Assembly (NCBI GenBank): GCA_038087875.1
Contig: JAXLNO010000433.1
Coordinates: 1 to 64,000 of the forward strand
Origin: Malacoraja senta
Taxonomy: Eukaryota
Reading direction: 5' to 3'
Length of the DNA stretch: 64,000 nt
Below the pieces are notes generated by a model. That model was given only the letters and a program-made list of their open reading frames with translations. It made no database searches and was not told the DNA's origin. The translations under genes were made by a program, and so were the position numbers. Each line of letters starts with the position of its first letter. Positions within the stretch are counted from its first letter, which is position 1. Below are positions 1 to 15,210 of this stretch, in pieces.

Positions 1-2340
<2,340 letters not shown>

Positions 2341-2550
2341 TATAGGAATGTTACAAAATTTTGAGATTTTAAAAATCAAGCCTGTAATTTGATCCCATCA
2401 CATAGAGCATAAACAGAATTTTAATTCGATACCTAATTCACTTTCATATTTTCTATATCAAAAAAGTTATGGTCATTTTCATATGGAAATTTGCATTTTG
2501 TTCCCTATTGCTTTAGAAACATAGAAACATAGAAAATAGATGCAGGAGGA
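2341..2550. repeat. Interspersed repeat fragment truncated by a minus-strand CR1 tail; paralogous to 57840-58026
   Basis: TATAGGAATGTTAC...TTCCCTATTG followed by TAGAAACATAGAAA occurs at both loci. Confidence 0.75.
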
Positions 2551-2869
2551 ACACAAACTCAAAACCGACGCTAGGGTCGGGTGAGCAGGTGCATGCAAGG
2601 GCAGTGGGATATATCTCCGTTTCTTTCACTTCTTCGTTTGTTCTGGGGTTTTTCTTTTTTTCTTTTTCTCGTCTTTCTTGAAATTCTTTCTATTCTCTTT
2701 CTTTTCTTCTCTCTTTCCCTTTTTTCCTTTTTCTTTTTTTCCGATTTTGTTATTAGTTTATAAAATGTTAAAACTGAAGAAAATTGTATAACTGTTAAGT
2801 CGATTTTTTTTCTTTGTACAATTGCTAATAAAAATTAAAAATAAATAAAAAAATAAAAAATAATTTTAA

Positions 2870-3840
2870 AAATGATTTGGAAGAGTGAATTAGGAGCAAC
2901 ACTAGCAAGTTTGGGGATGACATAAAGCTGGGTGGCAGTGTGAACTGTGAAGAGGACGTTAGGAGGTTGCAGGGTGACCTGGACAGGTTGAGTGAGTGGG
3001 CAGATGCGTGGCAGATGCAGTATAATATAGATACATGTGAGGTTATCCACTTTGGCAGCAAAAATAAGGGGGCAGATTATTACCTCAAAGGGGTTAGGTT
3101 AGGCAAGGGGGAGGTGCAGCGAGACCTGGGCGTCCTTGTGCACCAGTCACTGAAAGTTGGCATGCAGGTACAGCAGGCAGTGAAGAAAGCTAATGGAATG
3201 TTGGCCTTCATAACAAGAGGATTTCAGTATAGGAGTAAAGAGGTTCTTCTGCAGTTGTATAGGGCTCTGGTGCGACCACATCTGGAGTATTGTGTCCAGT
3301 TTTGGTCTCCGAATTTGAGGAAGGACATCCTTGTGATTGAGGCAGCGAAGGTTCACGAGATTGATCCCTGGGATGGCGGGACTGTCATATGAGGAAAGAT
3401 TGAAAAAACTAGGCTTGTATTCACTGGAGTTTAGAAGGATGAGGGGGATCTTATAGAAACATATACAATTATTAAAGGACTGGGCAAGCTAGATGCAGGA
3501 AAAATGTTCCCAATGTTGGGCGAGTCCAGAACTAGGGGCCACAGTCTTAGAATAAAGGGGAAGCCATTTAAGACTGAGGTGAGAAAAAACGTTTTCACCC
3601 GGAGAGTTGGGAATTTGTGGAATTCCCTGCCACAGAGGGCAGTGGAGGCCAAGTCACTGGATGGATTTAAGAGAGAGTTAGATAGAGTTCTAGGGGCTAG
3701 TGGATCAAGGGATATGGGGAGAAGGCAGGCACGGGTTATTGATTGGGGACGATCAGCCATGATCACAATGAATGGCGGTGCTGGGTCAAAGGGCCGAATG
3801 GCCCCCTCCTGCACCTATTTTCTATGTTTCTGTGTTCTAT
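2870..3840 (+). mobile_element. 5'-truncated CR1 LINE (RT C-terminus + 3' UTR)
   Basis: ORFs [20 protein letters not shown]...RPHLEYCVQFWSP; 3' tail TTTTCTATGTTTCT. Confidence 0.92.
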
Positions 3841-4700
3841 GTGTGCGTGTGTCTGCATCGGTGTGTGAGTGTGTATGTGTGTGTCGCTGTCTGTGTGTTG
3901 TGTTTGTGTGACTGTGTGTGCGTGTGTCTGTGTTGGTGTGTGTGTGTGAGTGCGTGTGTGTGCGTGTGTGTATTGGTGTGTGTGTGTGTGTGTGTCAGTG
4001 TGTGTGTGCGCGTGTGTGACAATGTGTGCATGTGTCTGTGTCGGTGTGTGTGTGAGTGTGCGTGTGTGTGCGTGTGTGTGTCATGTGTGAGTGTGTGTGT
4101 GCGTGTGTGTGTCGTTGAGTGTGTGTGTGTGTGTGTGTGTCAGTGTGTGTGTGTGTGTCAGTGTGTGCATGTGTCTGCGTCGGTGTGAGTGTGTGAGTGT
4201 GTGTGAGTGCATGTGTGTGTGTTGGTGTGAGTGTGTGTGTGTGTCAGTGTGTGCATGTGTCTGCATCAGTGTGAGGGTGTATGAGTGTGCGTGTGCGTGC
4301 GTGTGTGTGTATTGGTGTGTGTGTGTCAGTGAGTGCGTGTGTGTGTGTTGGTGTGAGTGTGTGAGTGTGCGTGTGGGCGCGTATGTGAGTATTGATGTGT
4401 GTGTGTGTCAGTGAGTACGTGTGTGTGTATTGGTGTGTGTGTGTCAGTGAGTACGTGTGTGTGTGTTGGTGTGAGTGTGTGAGTGTGCGTGTGCGTGCGT
4501 ATGTGAGTATTGGTGTGTGTGTGTCAGTGAGTGCGTGTGTGTGTGCATGTGTGACTGTGTGTTGGTGTGAGTGAGTGTGCGTGTGTGTGCGTATGTGTGT
4601 ATTGGTGTGTGTTGGTGTGAGTGTGTGAGTGTGCGTGTGTGTGCGTGTGTGTGTATTGGTGTGTGTGTGTCAGTGAGTGCGTGTGTGTGTTGGTGTGAGT
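3840..4700. repeat. Degenerate (GT)n-rich microsatellite
   Basis: Direct reading of the sequence. Confidence 0.9.
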
Positions 4701-6245
4701 CAGTGGTTGGGGAACAGGCTGGTCATTGATGCCTGTAAGTGGATGTACTGGGATCTGCTTGTCACGTTGGAGAGAGCGCATCTTGCAGCCGCTCCACCAA
4801 CCTCTGACCGATGCGTGGCCTCACCCCCCTCCTTCAACCCCAACTCTCCCCGCCCCAGTTCATCCCCCGAGCCGTTGTACTGGTCGCCGATGCTCAAGCC
4901 TGTTCTGCCCAGCCTATGTGGAAAACCAGCCCACACTGATCTGCTCCAGATCGGGATGGGGATGGGGATTAACGAGTCTCCGTGTGCGGGAACATTGCCG
5001 TGAAGGACCATGGATCCTCTCCTTCAACATTCCGCCTCCATGACCTTCAGAAGACAGACACAAAAAGCTGGAGTAAATCAGCTAGAGAGAAGGAATGGGT
5101 GATGTTTTGGGTCAAAAAACATATCAAATAGGTGCAGTTGGCCATTCGGCCCTTTGAGCCATTCAATATGAGCATGGGAGGGGGTCCATTTCAATCATCG
5201 CTGATCTCTGCCTCCTGCTCCCATTTTCCTGCCTTCTCCCCATAACCCTTGACACCCATTCTAATGAAGAGTTTGTCTATCTCTGCCTTAAGAGAGAGCT
5301 CTCTTTAATCTAACTCTGTGGCCTCCACACTGGGCATGTTGTTCAAATCCTTTGGTCAGTTCTCTTAGAAGACCAGGCTTTCATAAACTGTTCCAAGAGG
5401 CTTAAATAAATGAATATTAAAGAATAAACATCGAAGGGGGGCCGACGACGGCTGCCTAGCCAACGGTCTGTCTGCCTTTTCTTTCTGTTTTGTTATTTTA
5501 AGTGTATGTTAAAAGAATGTTTTAGTGTTCTTGGTTTGTTTTGTGTGTGTAGGGGGGGGGGGTGTTGGGGGATGAGTTTCAGGGGCTGTCCCACTTGGCG
5601 ACCTAATCCCTGAGTTAAAAAGAGCGTCTTCGACCTTCCAGCTCGAGGGCACTCGCCTGGAAAACCTCGAGCTGGATCGACCCGTCCGCGTTGAAACCGC
5701 GAGCTGGATCGACTGACCACACACACACACACACAAACACATCGCAACGGCGGGGGCCAGGGAAAGCGGGGGAGCGCTGTCTGAAATACACACCAATGAT
5801 GAAGTGGAAAGTAAAACGGCTGCACAGTAATGGTAAATCCTTTAGAGAGAGCGGATGGGGGGGGGGGTGAGAGGAGAGAAGGTCAGAGAGGGGGAGAGAA
5901 GGAGAGAGAAGGGAAGAGAAAGAGAGAAGGGGAGAGAAGGGGGGGAGAAGGTGAGAGGAGGGCGGGAGGATTGGAGACACTTTTAAGAAGTATTAGACTA
6001 AGTGGGACCCGCTGGGTCCCATGTTCACACGGGAGGGCTGGGCCCGCAATGCAATATTCCCCAGTGGGGGGGGAGGCTTTCTGGAGCGCTAGTACGGGTA
6101 CAGTGGGCTGAAGGAACTGGTTAGTATGGACATTGTGGGCCAAATGGATTCTTGGTGTGGCAGCTCAGTCACTCAAGCCTGATGTGCTGGCAGCTCACTA
6201 ATGGCAGCTGGGCTAGCAGTTGACTCACGGCTATTCCTTGAAATT

Positions 6246-6742
6246 CCATTTCAAGCAGGGTGCAAGGCAAACAAATGCAAATGCAGTTTCCTACCTTTTC
6301 AAGCAGGGTGAAAGGCCACCAAATTCATGTGCAGTTTCTTACCACTTCAAGCAGGGTGCAAGGCCACTGAATTAAAGTGCAGTTTCCAACCACTTCAAGC
6401 AGGGTGCAAGGCCACCGAATTCAACTGCAGTTTCTGACCACTTCAAGCAGGGTGCAAGGCCACCGAATTCAAGTGCAGTTTCTGACCACTTCAAGCAGGG
6501 TGCAAGCCACCAAATTCAAGTGCAGTTTCCTGCCATTTCAAGCAGGGTGCAAGGCCACCAAATTCAAGTGCAGTTTCATGCCACTTCAAGCAGAGTGCAA
6601 GGCCACAAAATGCTAGTGCTGTTTCATGGCATTTCAAGCAGGGTGCAAGGCCACCAAATTCAAGTGCAGGTTCATACCACTTCAAGCAGGTTGTAAGGCA
6701 ATCAATTGAAGTGCAGTTTCATACCATTTCAAGCAGGGTGAA
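6246..6742 (+). repeat. 48-bp minisatellite, about 10-11 copies
   Basis: Unit CCACTTCAAGCAGGGTGCAAGGCCACCAAATTCAAGTGCAGTTTCATA recurs every 47-48 nt. Confidence 0.92.
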
Positions 6743-7139
6743 ACCACCATAAAACCACTACAAAACCACACAATACACTACATAAACACCACACTCACAG
6801 TTCAGTAGACATTCAGGGTGTTCAGTTGATTCACAACTCAGACAGTCGTGACCTCTCTCTCCCCCATCTTGCAGAGACTGAGCCACACCCACACTTACAG
6901 GTTTTATAATCCCTCCCCCTCCAACTGGAAGGGGCGTGGCCTTCATGGTGTGATTGACAGGAGAGAGATTCTCAACATTTTTTTAAACACTAATAACACT
7001 TTTATTTTTCATTGATGGGAAGAATCCTCTGCACCTGATGAGTGGCGAGGAACTGAATAAGATGGCCAAAAATCACAGCCGTAAGTGGTAGCATTTTTAT
7101 CTAAAATCAATATTCAGTGCAAACAGGAAGTTGTCAAGT

Positions 7140-7705
7140 TTCCACCAACAACAGCCTTTTTTTTTTGCCGTGCAGGCATTCAACGCAGTTACCACCACCA
7201 CCAAATTCTTTTTTTTTTGCAGTGCAGCGTTTCAAAGCAGTTACCACCACCAACAACAGCCTTTTTTTTTTGCAGTGCGCCTTTCAAAGCAGTTACCACC
7301 AACAACAACAGCCATTTTTTTGCAGTGCAGCCTTTCAAAGCAGTTACCACCACCAACAACACCCAATTTTTTTGCAGTGCAGCCTTTCAAAGCAGTTACA
7401 ACCACCAACAACAGTCTTTTTTTTTTCAGTGCAGCCTTTCAAAGCAGTTACCACCACCAACATCACCCTTTTTTTTTGCAGTGCAGCCTTTCAAAGCAGT
7501 TATCTCCACCAACAACAGCCAATTGTTTTGGACTGCAGCCTTTCAAAGCAGTTACCACCACCAACAACAGCTATTTAATTTTGCAGTGCAGCCTTTCAAA
7601 GCAGTTACCACCACCAACAACAGCCATTTTTTTTGCAGTGCAGCCTTTCAAAGCAGTTACCACCACCAAAAACAGCCTTTTTTTTGCATTGCAGCATTTC
7701 AAAGC
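7140..7705 (+). repeat. ~55-60-bp minisatellite, about 10 copies
   Basis: Unit GCAGTGCAGCCTTTCAAAGCAGTTACCACCACCAACAACAGCC(T)n with variable T run. Confidence 0.92.
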
Positions 7706-8874
7706 TACCATATTTTCATTTTCAAACCACATTAAGGGTAATCCCAGTTGAGTAGACATGTGTTCAGTGTTATTCAGAGCTCTGGGAGATGTGACCCTCT
7801 CACTTCCTCCATCTTGCAGAGACTGAGTGAGGCACACCACTTCCAGGTTTTATAGACCCACCCCCCTCCCACCAGCAGGGGCAGCAGAGAGAATGGAGAC
7901 ATTTTTCAAACATTAATATATTTCTGATTTTTCATCAATGGGAAAAATCCCCTGGTCCTGTCTGGCAGAGGGGGGCTCTGAGCGAGGTGGCCAAAATTGA
8001 CAGCCGTAAGTTGCGGCGTTCTCTCGGAAATCACATCGGAGGGAGTCAAAAGCGGTCAAGATCTTATTTTCAGTAATATAGTTAATAAAGTTTAGTGGGC
8101 ATTTTACCTACCGGTAGGTCTTCCTTGGTCCTGAAAACTAATGAGCCAATCAAAATGTCCAGTCAGTGAAGGAGATTACCTACGGCTGCCCTTGAGTGCC
8201 TGTAACCAAACAGCAACCCCACTCCACTGCACTACGAGTAAAAAAGAACCATGCCAACCAAATTTCAACATGCTGAAAAAAATTTCAACATGCTGAAAAT
8301 TTTTCCGCGAACTAGTTGAGGTCATGAGTATTCGGCAACTTCCCTCAAGCATGAAGGAGAGTTCCAGCTGATAATTGCTTGTTTCTGAGCTTCCCCCAGT
8401 CTAGTTTCAGTAAAAACACTGAATCAAGCACTTGAAATGAATAACATTTATTTTGCCAAAAGCGCATCACAGATCAAACACTGTACCTATCCCCACCACG
8501 GTTCGATCCCTGTATCTGTCTATTCAAGCCCTCTTGGCCTCGCATAGACAGAGACACTCCAGAAGTTCTCCTGAGGATCGACTTTGAGCTTCGTGATCAC
8601 AACCCTTTTATATGCCCCGCGAACCTGTGGGATGAACCACACAGGCAGTTGTCTTACACTTGCCCAAAAACAGATTATGTTAAATTTAATTTGATGTGAT
8701 TGTATATCTTACTGCCTTTCACTTGGTGTGGCCATATGGTAACTCGAATTTCACTGTACCTTATGGTACATGTGACAATAAACCCATCTTGCATCTTGCA
8801 TATGTGACTGGGCAGTAATGCGCTGGGTGAATTAGCAGCATTTAATGGGAGCCACCTGAGCAGGGTGCAAGCCC

Positions 8875-8925
<51 letters not shown>

Positions 8926-10211
8926 GGGCCTCGCTTCAGCAGAGTGCTGCCCTCGGTCAGTGTGATGGCTGGTGGTCTGTCGGCCCTGCATCTGATCTCC
9001 GTCCACCCCAACACCCATGGGCAGGAGATGGAGACAGAACGCCGAGCTGGTGGTTAAGTTTTGGAACACCGATGACTCATTACTATGGCTCGAATGTGTA
9101 CACAACTGCTTTCCTCATATTTTCATATTGGACTCTTAACTGCAGCTGTAATTTTAATCTACTTCCTGAATCGTATGAATGTAGGTTTTGGGGAGTGGGG
9201 GTTGAGACACTTCCACTTCACCCCTGGCCTTTGATGATGCCTCTGCTATTCAATTGTGGTGGCAGTTTTTCGTCATTGTTTGTCATCCCTTCTCCTGCTT
9301 TAAATGACTGACGGTTTGCCTCACGTTTAATGGATTCTATGTGAAGTCACATTGGTATTAGGCAATAAATGTCCCGCATGATTTCCATGTTTTGGAGCCA
9401 AAGTGTGGTCTGTTCCTTTGCCATCACAGATGTAGCCAGATCTGCTGTATTGCTCGTGCAGAGAGTTTGTATAATGAAAGCTCTCTTCAGCGCAGACTTG
9501 GTAGAAGTATATACAATTATGAGAGGCATAGATAGGGTAGATAGTCAGAACCCTTTTCCTAGGGAGTAAATATCCTACTCTAGAGGGCATAGCTATTAGG
9601 TGAGGGGAACGTTTAACTGAGATGTGTGGGGCAAGTTTTTTACACAATCGTAAGAGTGTGGAATGTTGCCATGAGTAGTGGTGGAGGCAGATAAGATAGT
9701 GGCATTGAAGAGGCTTTTTGATAGGCACATCGAAGTTCAGGTAATTGCAGAATATGGATCATGTACAGGCAGATGAAATCAGTTTAACGGCATCATGCTT
9801 GGCACATTTTATATCCCTGAGTATTTTCATCTGACAATTGGGTTTCATCCACTAGAGACCCCATCCAATTGCCTCATAGAAGGCTTGGCAGCTTCTTAGC
9901 CCCAGCCCCAGTCCCTTTATCTGAAATATATAAACCCTGTATTGATACAGAAACAGTGTAAATTGATTAATATAACCTTGAACCTCCCTTTATCAGTTAC
10001 TGAGTCGGATACACTACTGGATTGACTGAGTCCTTAACTGGGTGACAAACCTTCTATGTGTATTCAATGCACGATACTACCTACATAGTGTCAGAGGCTC
10101 CAGCATCATACAGGCTAGTCCTGAGTTACGAGCAACCAACTTATGGTTACCACAACATAAGAACAAGCTGCCATAAAAACCTTATGTTTGTACATTCATT
10201 TATTCCCATGA

Positions 10212-10480
10212 ATGGTGGCACAATGGCACAGTGCTAGAAATGCTGCCTTACAGCGCCAGAGACCCAGGTTCGATCCTGACTACGGGTGCTTGTCTGAACA
10301 AAGTATGTACGTTCTCCCTGTGACCAGTGTTGCTTTTCTCCGGAATCTCTGGTTTTCTATCACACTCCAAAGACGTACAGGTTTGGGGGCTAATTGGCTT
10401 GGTATAATTGTAAATCTTTCCTGGTGTGTGTAGGATAGTGTAAGTGTGCGGGGATCGCTGGTCGGCGCGGACTCGGTGGG
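10212..10480 (+). mobile_element. tRNA-derived V-SINE/HE1-like SINE
   Basis: A-box-like TGGCACAGTGCT, B-box GGTTCGATCC, V-domain-like GTACGTTCTCCCTGTGACC; related copies at about 10960-11215 (-) and 34608-34928 (+). Confidence 0.7.
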
Positions 10481-11450
10481 GGTGGGCTAGAAAATGCTGG
10501 CAGTGGAGGATGTTCAGGTGAAGTGGTGGGGGCAGTGAGGGGTGAGAGGAAAAGCCACGCAGATAGTGAGGCGGCAGAAGATGAACAGATGATGGGTCAG
10601 CACTGGGTTAACGGTGAGGGTCAGACTGATGATTTGGATCCGGAGGTTAGGGAGTGGGATGATGATGGGTGTGCCAGATATGACTCACATTTGAGCAGAT
10701 GATGGGAGGGTCTTGGGAAGTTGATGGAAGACAGAGGTAGCTGTGGGGAGTGGGACAGGGCTAGACAATGCAGAAACTTTATTCATTCTGCCACCACAGC
10801 ATTATAGATTTGGGTCTGAAGAAGTGTCTTGATCCAAAATCTCTCCAATTCTTTTCTTCAGAGATGTTGCCTGACCTGCTGAGTTACTACAGCTCTTTGT
10901 GTCTACTTTCGGTGTAAACCAGCATCTGCAGTTCCTGCACACTAGTTTTGTATGGAGTTTAGTTTCGAGATCCAGCATGAAAACAGGCCCTTAAGCCCAC
11001 CAAGTGCATGCTGACCATGATGACCCACACACTAGTTCTGTGCTTCACACTAGGGACAATTTACAGAACCCAGTTAACCTACAAACTTGCACGTCTGTGG
11101 AATGTGAGAGCACCCGGAGAAAACTCATAGTCACAGGCAGAACGTACAAACTCTGTACAGACAGCACCCATATTCAGGATCAAACCAAGGTCTCTGGCGC
11201 TGTAAGGCAACATCTCTCTCCCGTTGGTGTCACAGCTTATGCCAATGGTTCCCCTGCTGGGAAGAATGTTTCCGTGTGTGCCACGTTAGAACATTCTACT
11301 TGGGGCTGTTGATTGAATAATCATTGTTAATGATGCTGCAAATTAAAAAAAATGTGTAGGAAAGAACTGTAGATGCTGGTTTAAATCGAAGATAGACACA
11401 AAATGCTGGAGTAAGTTAGCGGGACAGGCAACATCTCTGGAAAGAAGGAA

Positions 11451-11488
11451 TGGGTGACGTTTCGAGTCGAGACCCTTCTTCAGACTGA
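11451..11488 (-). ncRNA. Minimal hammerhead ribozyme motif in a Penelope-derived short repeat
   Basis: Minus strand reads CAGT-CTGAAGA-AGGGTCTCGACTC-GAAAC-GTC-ACCC: CUGANGA core, stem II, GAAA, GUC cleavage triplet. Confidence 0.6.
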
Positions 11489-12793
11489 TTTTTGTAAAAC
11501 AATAATGTTACATCAACATGTATGGTATGTATAATTTATGTATGGTATTATCTATCTGAATTGATAACATGCAAAACAAAGCTTTTCATTTGCCTCAGTA
11601 AATGTGACATTAATAAACCTGAAACTAAACCCATAACTTGAACTATTTCGAGAATTTACTGCAGTCGCTTCTGTCCCACAAATATGACAAGATTAATGCA
11701 CCTTGACAGCCCTTTGAAGTCCACAATGTCCACTTTTTTCATGTATTTGAAATCTCCATCATTACGTTAGGGATAGGTTCCCAGTTCAAACGTTAAGGTA
11801 CCGATTGGTGTGTCCTTGGTATTGTTCTCTCAATGTATTTGTACCTGTGTACAACATGTGCAAAGCACAAGACCTCTAGTTCCACCATCTCTTCCATAGA
11901 ACTATTGTATCAATAATCTAGTCATCTCCTCCCGAGTTTTCTTGAGCACATGTGATTGTGTTGTCTCTGGGGATGGAGCTTAATATTTCAGACACTTAAG
12001 AATGAACAGTTGGGTTACCTGTGGTCTAGATTATGTCATTCCAGAATTTCCCTCACACCACCCTCTAACCTCATCCATCTTATCAGCTTCAGGCACTGCA
12101 CGCACCCCTAGTTCTCCTTCCACTTAGTTCATTCCCAGCCCAGGTCAATTGCAACTCCTTCCAAAGCCAAAGCCTCCTGCAGAGGACTGTTTGTTGTGTC
12201 ACAACAAGTGCAAATTCACTGTGTAGGAAGGAACTGAAGATGCTGGTTTAAACCGAAGATAGACACAAAATGCTGGGGTAACTCAGGCAGCATCTCTGGA
12301 GAGAAGGAATGGGTGATGTTTCAGTTCAAGACCCTTCTTTAGACCGTATTTCATGTCATAGTCATAGTATTAGTGTAGTATTAGTGTACAGTATTGAAAT
12401 AGTCCCGTCTGCCCAATTCATCCATGCTGACCAAATTGCCCAACAGAGCTAGTCCCACTTGAGTGCACTGGCCCATATCCCTCCAAATCCTTCCTACCCA
12501 TGTCCTGCCCAAGTGCCTTTTAAATGTCACGTGTAGCCACCTCTACCTCATCCTCTGGCAGATTGTTCAATATATGCGCCATCCTCTATGTGAAACCGTT
12601 TCCCCTCAGGTCCATTTTAAATCTCCCCCTCACCTCATATATGCAAAAACAAGGAGCCCTTCCAGTCTCTTAGACCTTCAATGCTCGGACCTGGAATGCT
12701 ACATTGAACCTTTGATTAGGTGTTGTTTATAAAGGTATCCGGGTGTATTCGCAATTTTACCTTTAAATATTCATCATTGTCATTACACGTCTG

Positions 12794-12839
12794 AGTTTCA
12801 GTTTCTATTCCCAGTCAGGAAATAGATGAAACTATAAAG
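12794..12839 (+). promoter_or_regulatory. Interferon-responsive promoter B: ISRE, IRF half-site and TATA box
   Basis: AGTTTCAGTTTCT (12794-12806) matches the ISRE consensus AGTTTCNNTTTCY; GAAATAGATGAAACT; TATAAAG at 12833-12839; upstream of an IFIT exon. Confidence 0.85.
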
Positions 12840-12861
12840 GAACTCAGGCATAACATTCAGA

Positions 12862-12948
12862 ACACTTTTAGATTGATTCAACCTGTGAATGCACTGCACG
12901 AGCTGAGAAAGGAATACAAAGTGTTTTCCATCCAACCAACATAACGAG
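12862..12948 (+). other. IFIT first exon (exon 1B), start approximate
   Basis: Ends ATAACGAG|GTAAGG (strong donor at 12949); splicing to 19442 gives in-frame ACG AGC AGC AGA ATG, mirroring the ATGAG|gt exon 1 of IFIT genes. Confidence 0.72.
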
Positions 12949-14369
12949 GTAAGGAACATTCCTACTGTGTCTATGTTTACCTGCAGATTATTATTGAGAA
13001 TATGGTTTACTGAAAATTAGTGGATCAAATTGCAATTAATTTGAACAACTCAGAATGGTAACATTGGCTGGCACGGTAGTTTAGTTTAGAGATACAATAC
13101 GGAAACAGGCCCTTTGGCCCTCCGAGTCCACACCACCCATTCGCACGTTTGAGAGTCAAGAGTGTTTTATTGTCATATGTCCCACATTGAAACAGAAATT
13201 CTCATCAGCAAAACATGAATCCATTCTTGATGCCTGAATCATTGCAGGTTTCTACCTCCTCAGATACTGCCTCCACGAACTTGTGGTTTCGATACTGCTG
13301 AGTAATTCCAGGTTTTTACTGTCTTTGTTATAGACATTGACGTAGAACAGTACATCACAGGAAAACAATTGGCCCCTGGAAATTGCTTCTTGTGTGTAGG
13401 CAGTGGATGCGAATGTAGGATAACAGAACTAGTGTGCAAGGATGATCGATGGTTGGCGTGGATGTAGTGAGCTGAAGGGCCTGTTACCGTGCTATATGTC
13501 TAAACTCTCAACTAATTCCTTTTTCTGCACAAGCTCCATATCTCCCCATTCCCTACATATTCACATGTCTATCAAAAAACCTCTAAAATGCCACAATCAT
13601 ATCTGCTTCCTTCACTAGCCTTGGTATATTGCAGGCACCGACTACTCTCTGTATATAAACTAGCCCTTACATCTCTTTTAAACATCCTTCCCCTCACATA
13701 ATAGCTATGCCCTCCAGGATTTGGTATTTCCACCCTGGAACAATGGTTCTGACTATTTACCTTAGTCAGTGCAGCCATTCCTGTTTTTTGCTAAATTCCA
13801 GAAACACCCTGACATTCCTGACATTCCTGACATTCCTGACACCCTCTCACGGGCACCTCGCCCAACCTGCGAAAAACACCTGCCTGATGATGAGCACGGT
13901 TATGATGGTCTCCTGCCTCCCATCTGCCGGTTTAGACATCCTAGTGTCACAAACAGCCTTTGGGTCCCATTGTCACATGGGATTCCTGGTCCCCAACACA
14001 ATATTCCACCACTCACACTTAGACCCCAACTGCGCAGGCGCAGCTGACGGGTTCCCTTTGCGATGCTCCTGATCCTCCCCCCTCCTCCCCCCCACTTTGC
14101 CCCTTGCCCTTCCCTACCACAAACTCACTCCATCCCCCCTCAACCCCCCCCCCCCATCCACTCTCAGCAGCTCTCCAGCATCGCAGCCATTCCCTCCCAT
14201 TGGGTTCCCATTGTGACATAGAACACGCAGGTAATACTACACAGGTGCAGCTGACGGGCACGGCAAATGGAAAAGGGATTTATTAAAGCTTAAATGTGAA
14301 TCACTCTTAAAATATAACAACAAGTTAAACGTTAAAGATGAGTCCATTTGTTCTTGTTGAGTCTCTTGT

Positions 14370-15210
14370 TGTGTTCTGCAGCCGGGGGAGGGAGATAGCT
14401 TCAGGCGGGGGCTGTCAGGGACCGGTGGGGGGAGTGTCCTGCAGCCAGGGGAGGGGCACGGCTTCAGGCAGGGGCTGTCGGAGGCCATGTACCGCTGTCG
14501 TGGCCAATCGCTGTCGTGGCATAACGCTGCCTACTCCTGTCGCTGCCGTGGCCTACCTCTGCCACTGCCAACCTCTGCCGCTTCCTACCCCTGCTGCTGC
14601 CATGGCTTGCCGCTGTCGCTGCCGCTGCCGCTGCCACTCCCTATCGCTGGCGCTGCCTCTTGCGGGGGCTGTCGGGAGCCGGGGGGGTGGGAGAGCGTCC
14701 TGCAGCTGGAGTAGGGGGATGGCTTTAGGTGGGGGCTACTGGGGGTGAGGGGAGGGTCCTGCATCTGGCGGAGGGGGAAGGCTTGAGGTGGGGGCTGTCG
14801 AGAGCGGGTAGGGTGGGGGGAAGCGTCTGGCAGCCAGGGGAGGGTATGGCTTCCGGAGGGGGCTGGTGGGCGGGAGTGTCCTACAGCGGGGGAGGGGGAC
14901 GGATTCAGGCGTGTGGTGTCATGGGTCCGGTGGGCGGGGGGAGCATCCTGCAGCTGGGGAGGGGGACGGCTTCCAGCGGGGGCCAGTGGGGGTGTTGGGG
15001 AGCGCCTGCAACCGGTGGAGGGGTATGTCTTCAGGCTGGGGCAGTCGAGGGCTGGTGGGGGGGAAGGAAAAGTCCTGCAGCCAGGGCAGGAGGATGCCTT
15101 CAGGAGGGACCAGTCAGGGGCGAGGTGGGGAGGAGGGGGGAGGCATCCTGATGCCAGGGGAGGGGGACGGCTTCAGGTAGGGGCTGGTGGGTGGGGGGGA
15201 GAGTCCTGCA
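14370..15210 (+). repeat. GC-rich degenerate ~55-60-bp tandem array inside an intronic non-autonomous element
   Basis: Recurring CCTGCAGCC(G)nAGGG..GGCTTCAGG.GGGGGCTGTC units. Confidence 0.65.

Larger units (their letters stand above)
5990..8080 (+). mobile_element. Putative non-autonomous element with internal minisatellites (possibly Helitron/Helentron-like)
   Basis: 5' GGGACCC-GCT-GGGTCCC hairpin, two minisatellite arrays each followed by a related ~330-bp module; shares motifs with about 15210-15310. Confidence 0.4.
11101..13512 (+). repeat. Segmental duplication copy 1 (copy 2 = 58025-64000 minus the CR1 insertion)
   Basis: Colinear, near-identical sequence over about 2.4 kb including unique DNA and the same SINE insertions. 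Confidence 0.95.

Noticed and set aside
4677..5043. Overlapping ~105-aa ORFs in unique-looking sequence
   Set aside because: No recognisable motif or supported splice structure; cannot be assigned without a database search
6246..7705. CRISPR-like appearance of regularly spaced repeats
   Set aside because: Units are contiguous tandem copies with no unique spacers, no cas genes are present, and the context is eukaryotic
8380..8660. Possible minus-strand solo LTR (TATA-like and AATAAA motifs)
   Set aside because: No TG..CA ends, TSD or second copy could be identified by eye
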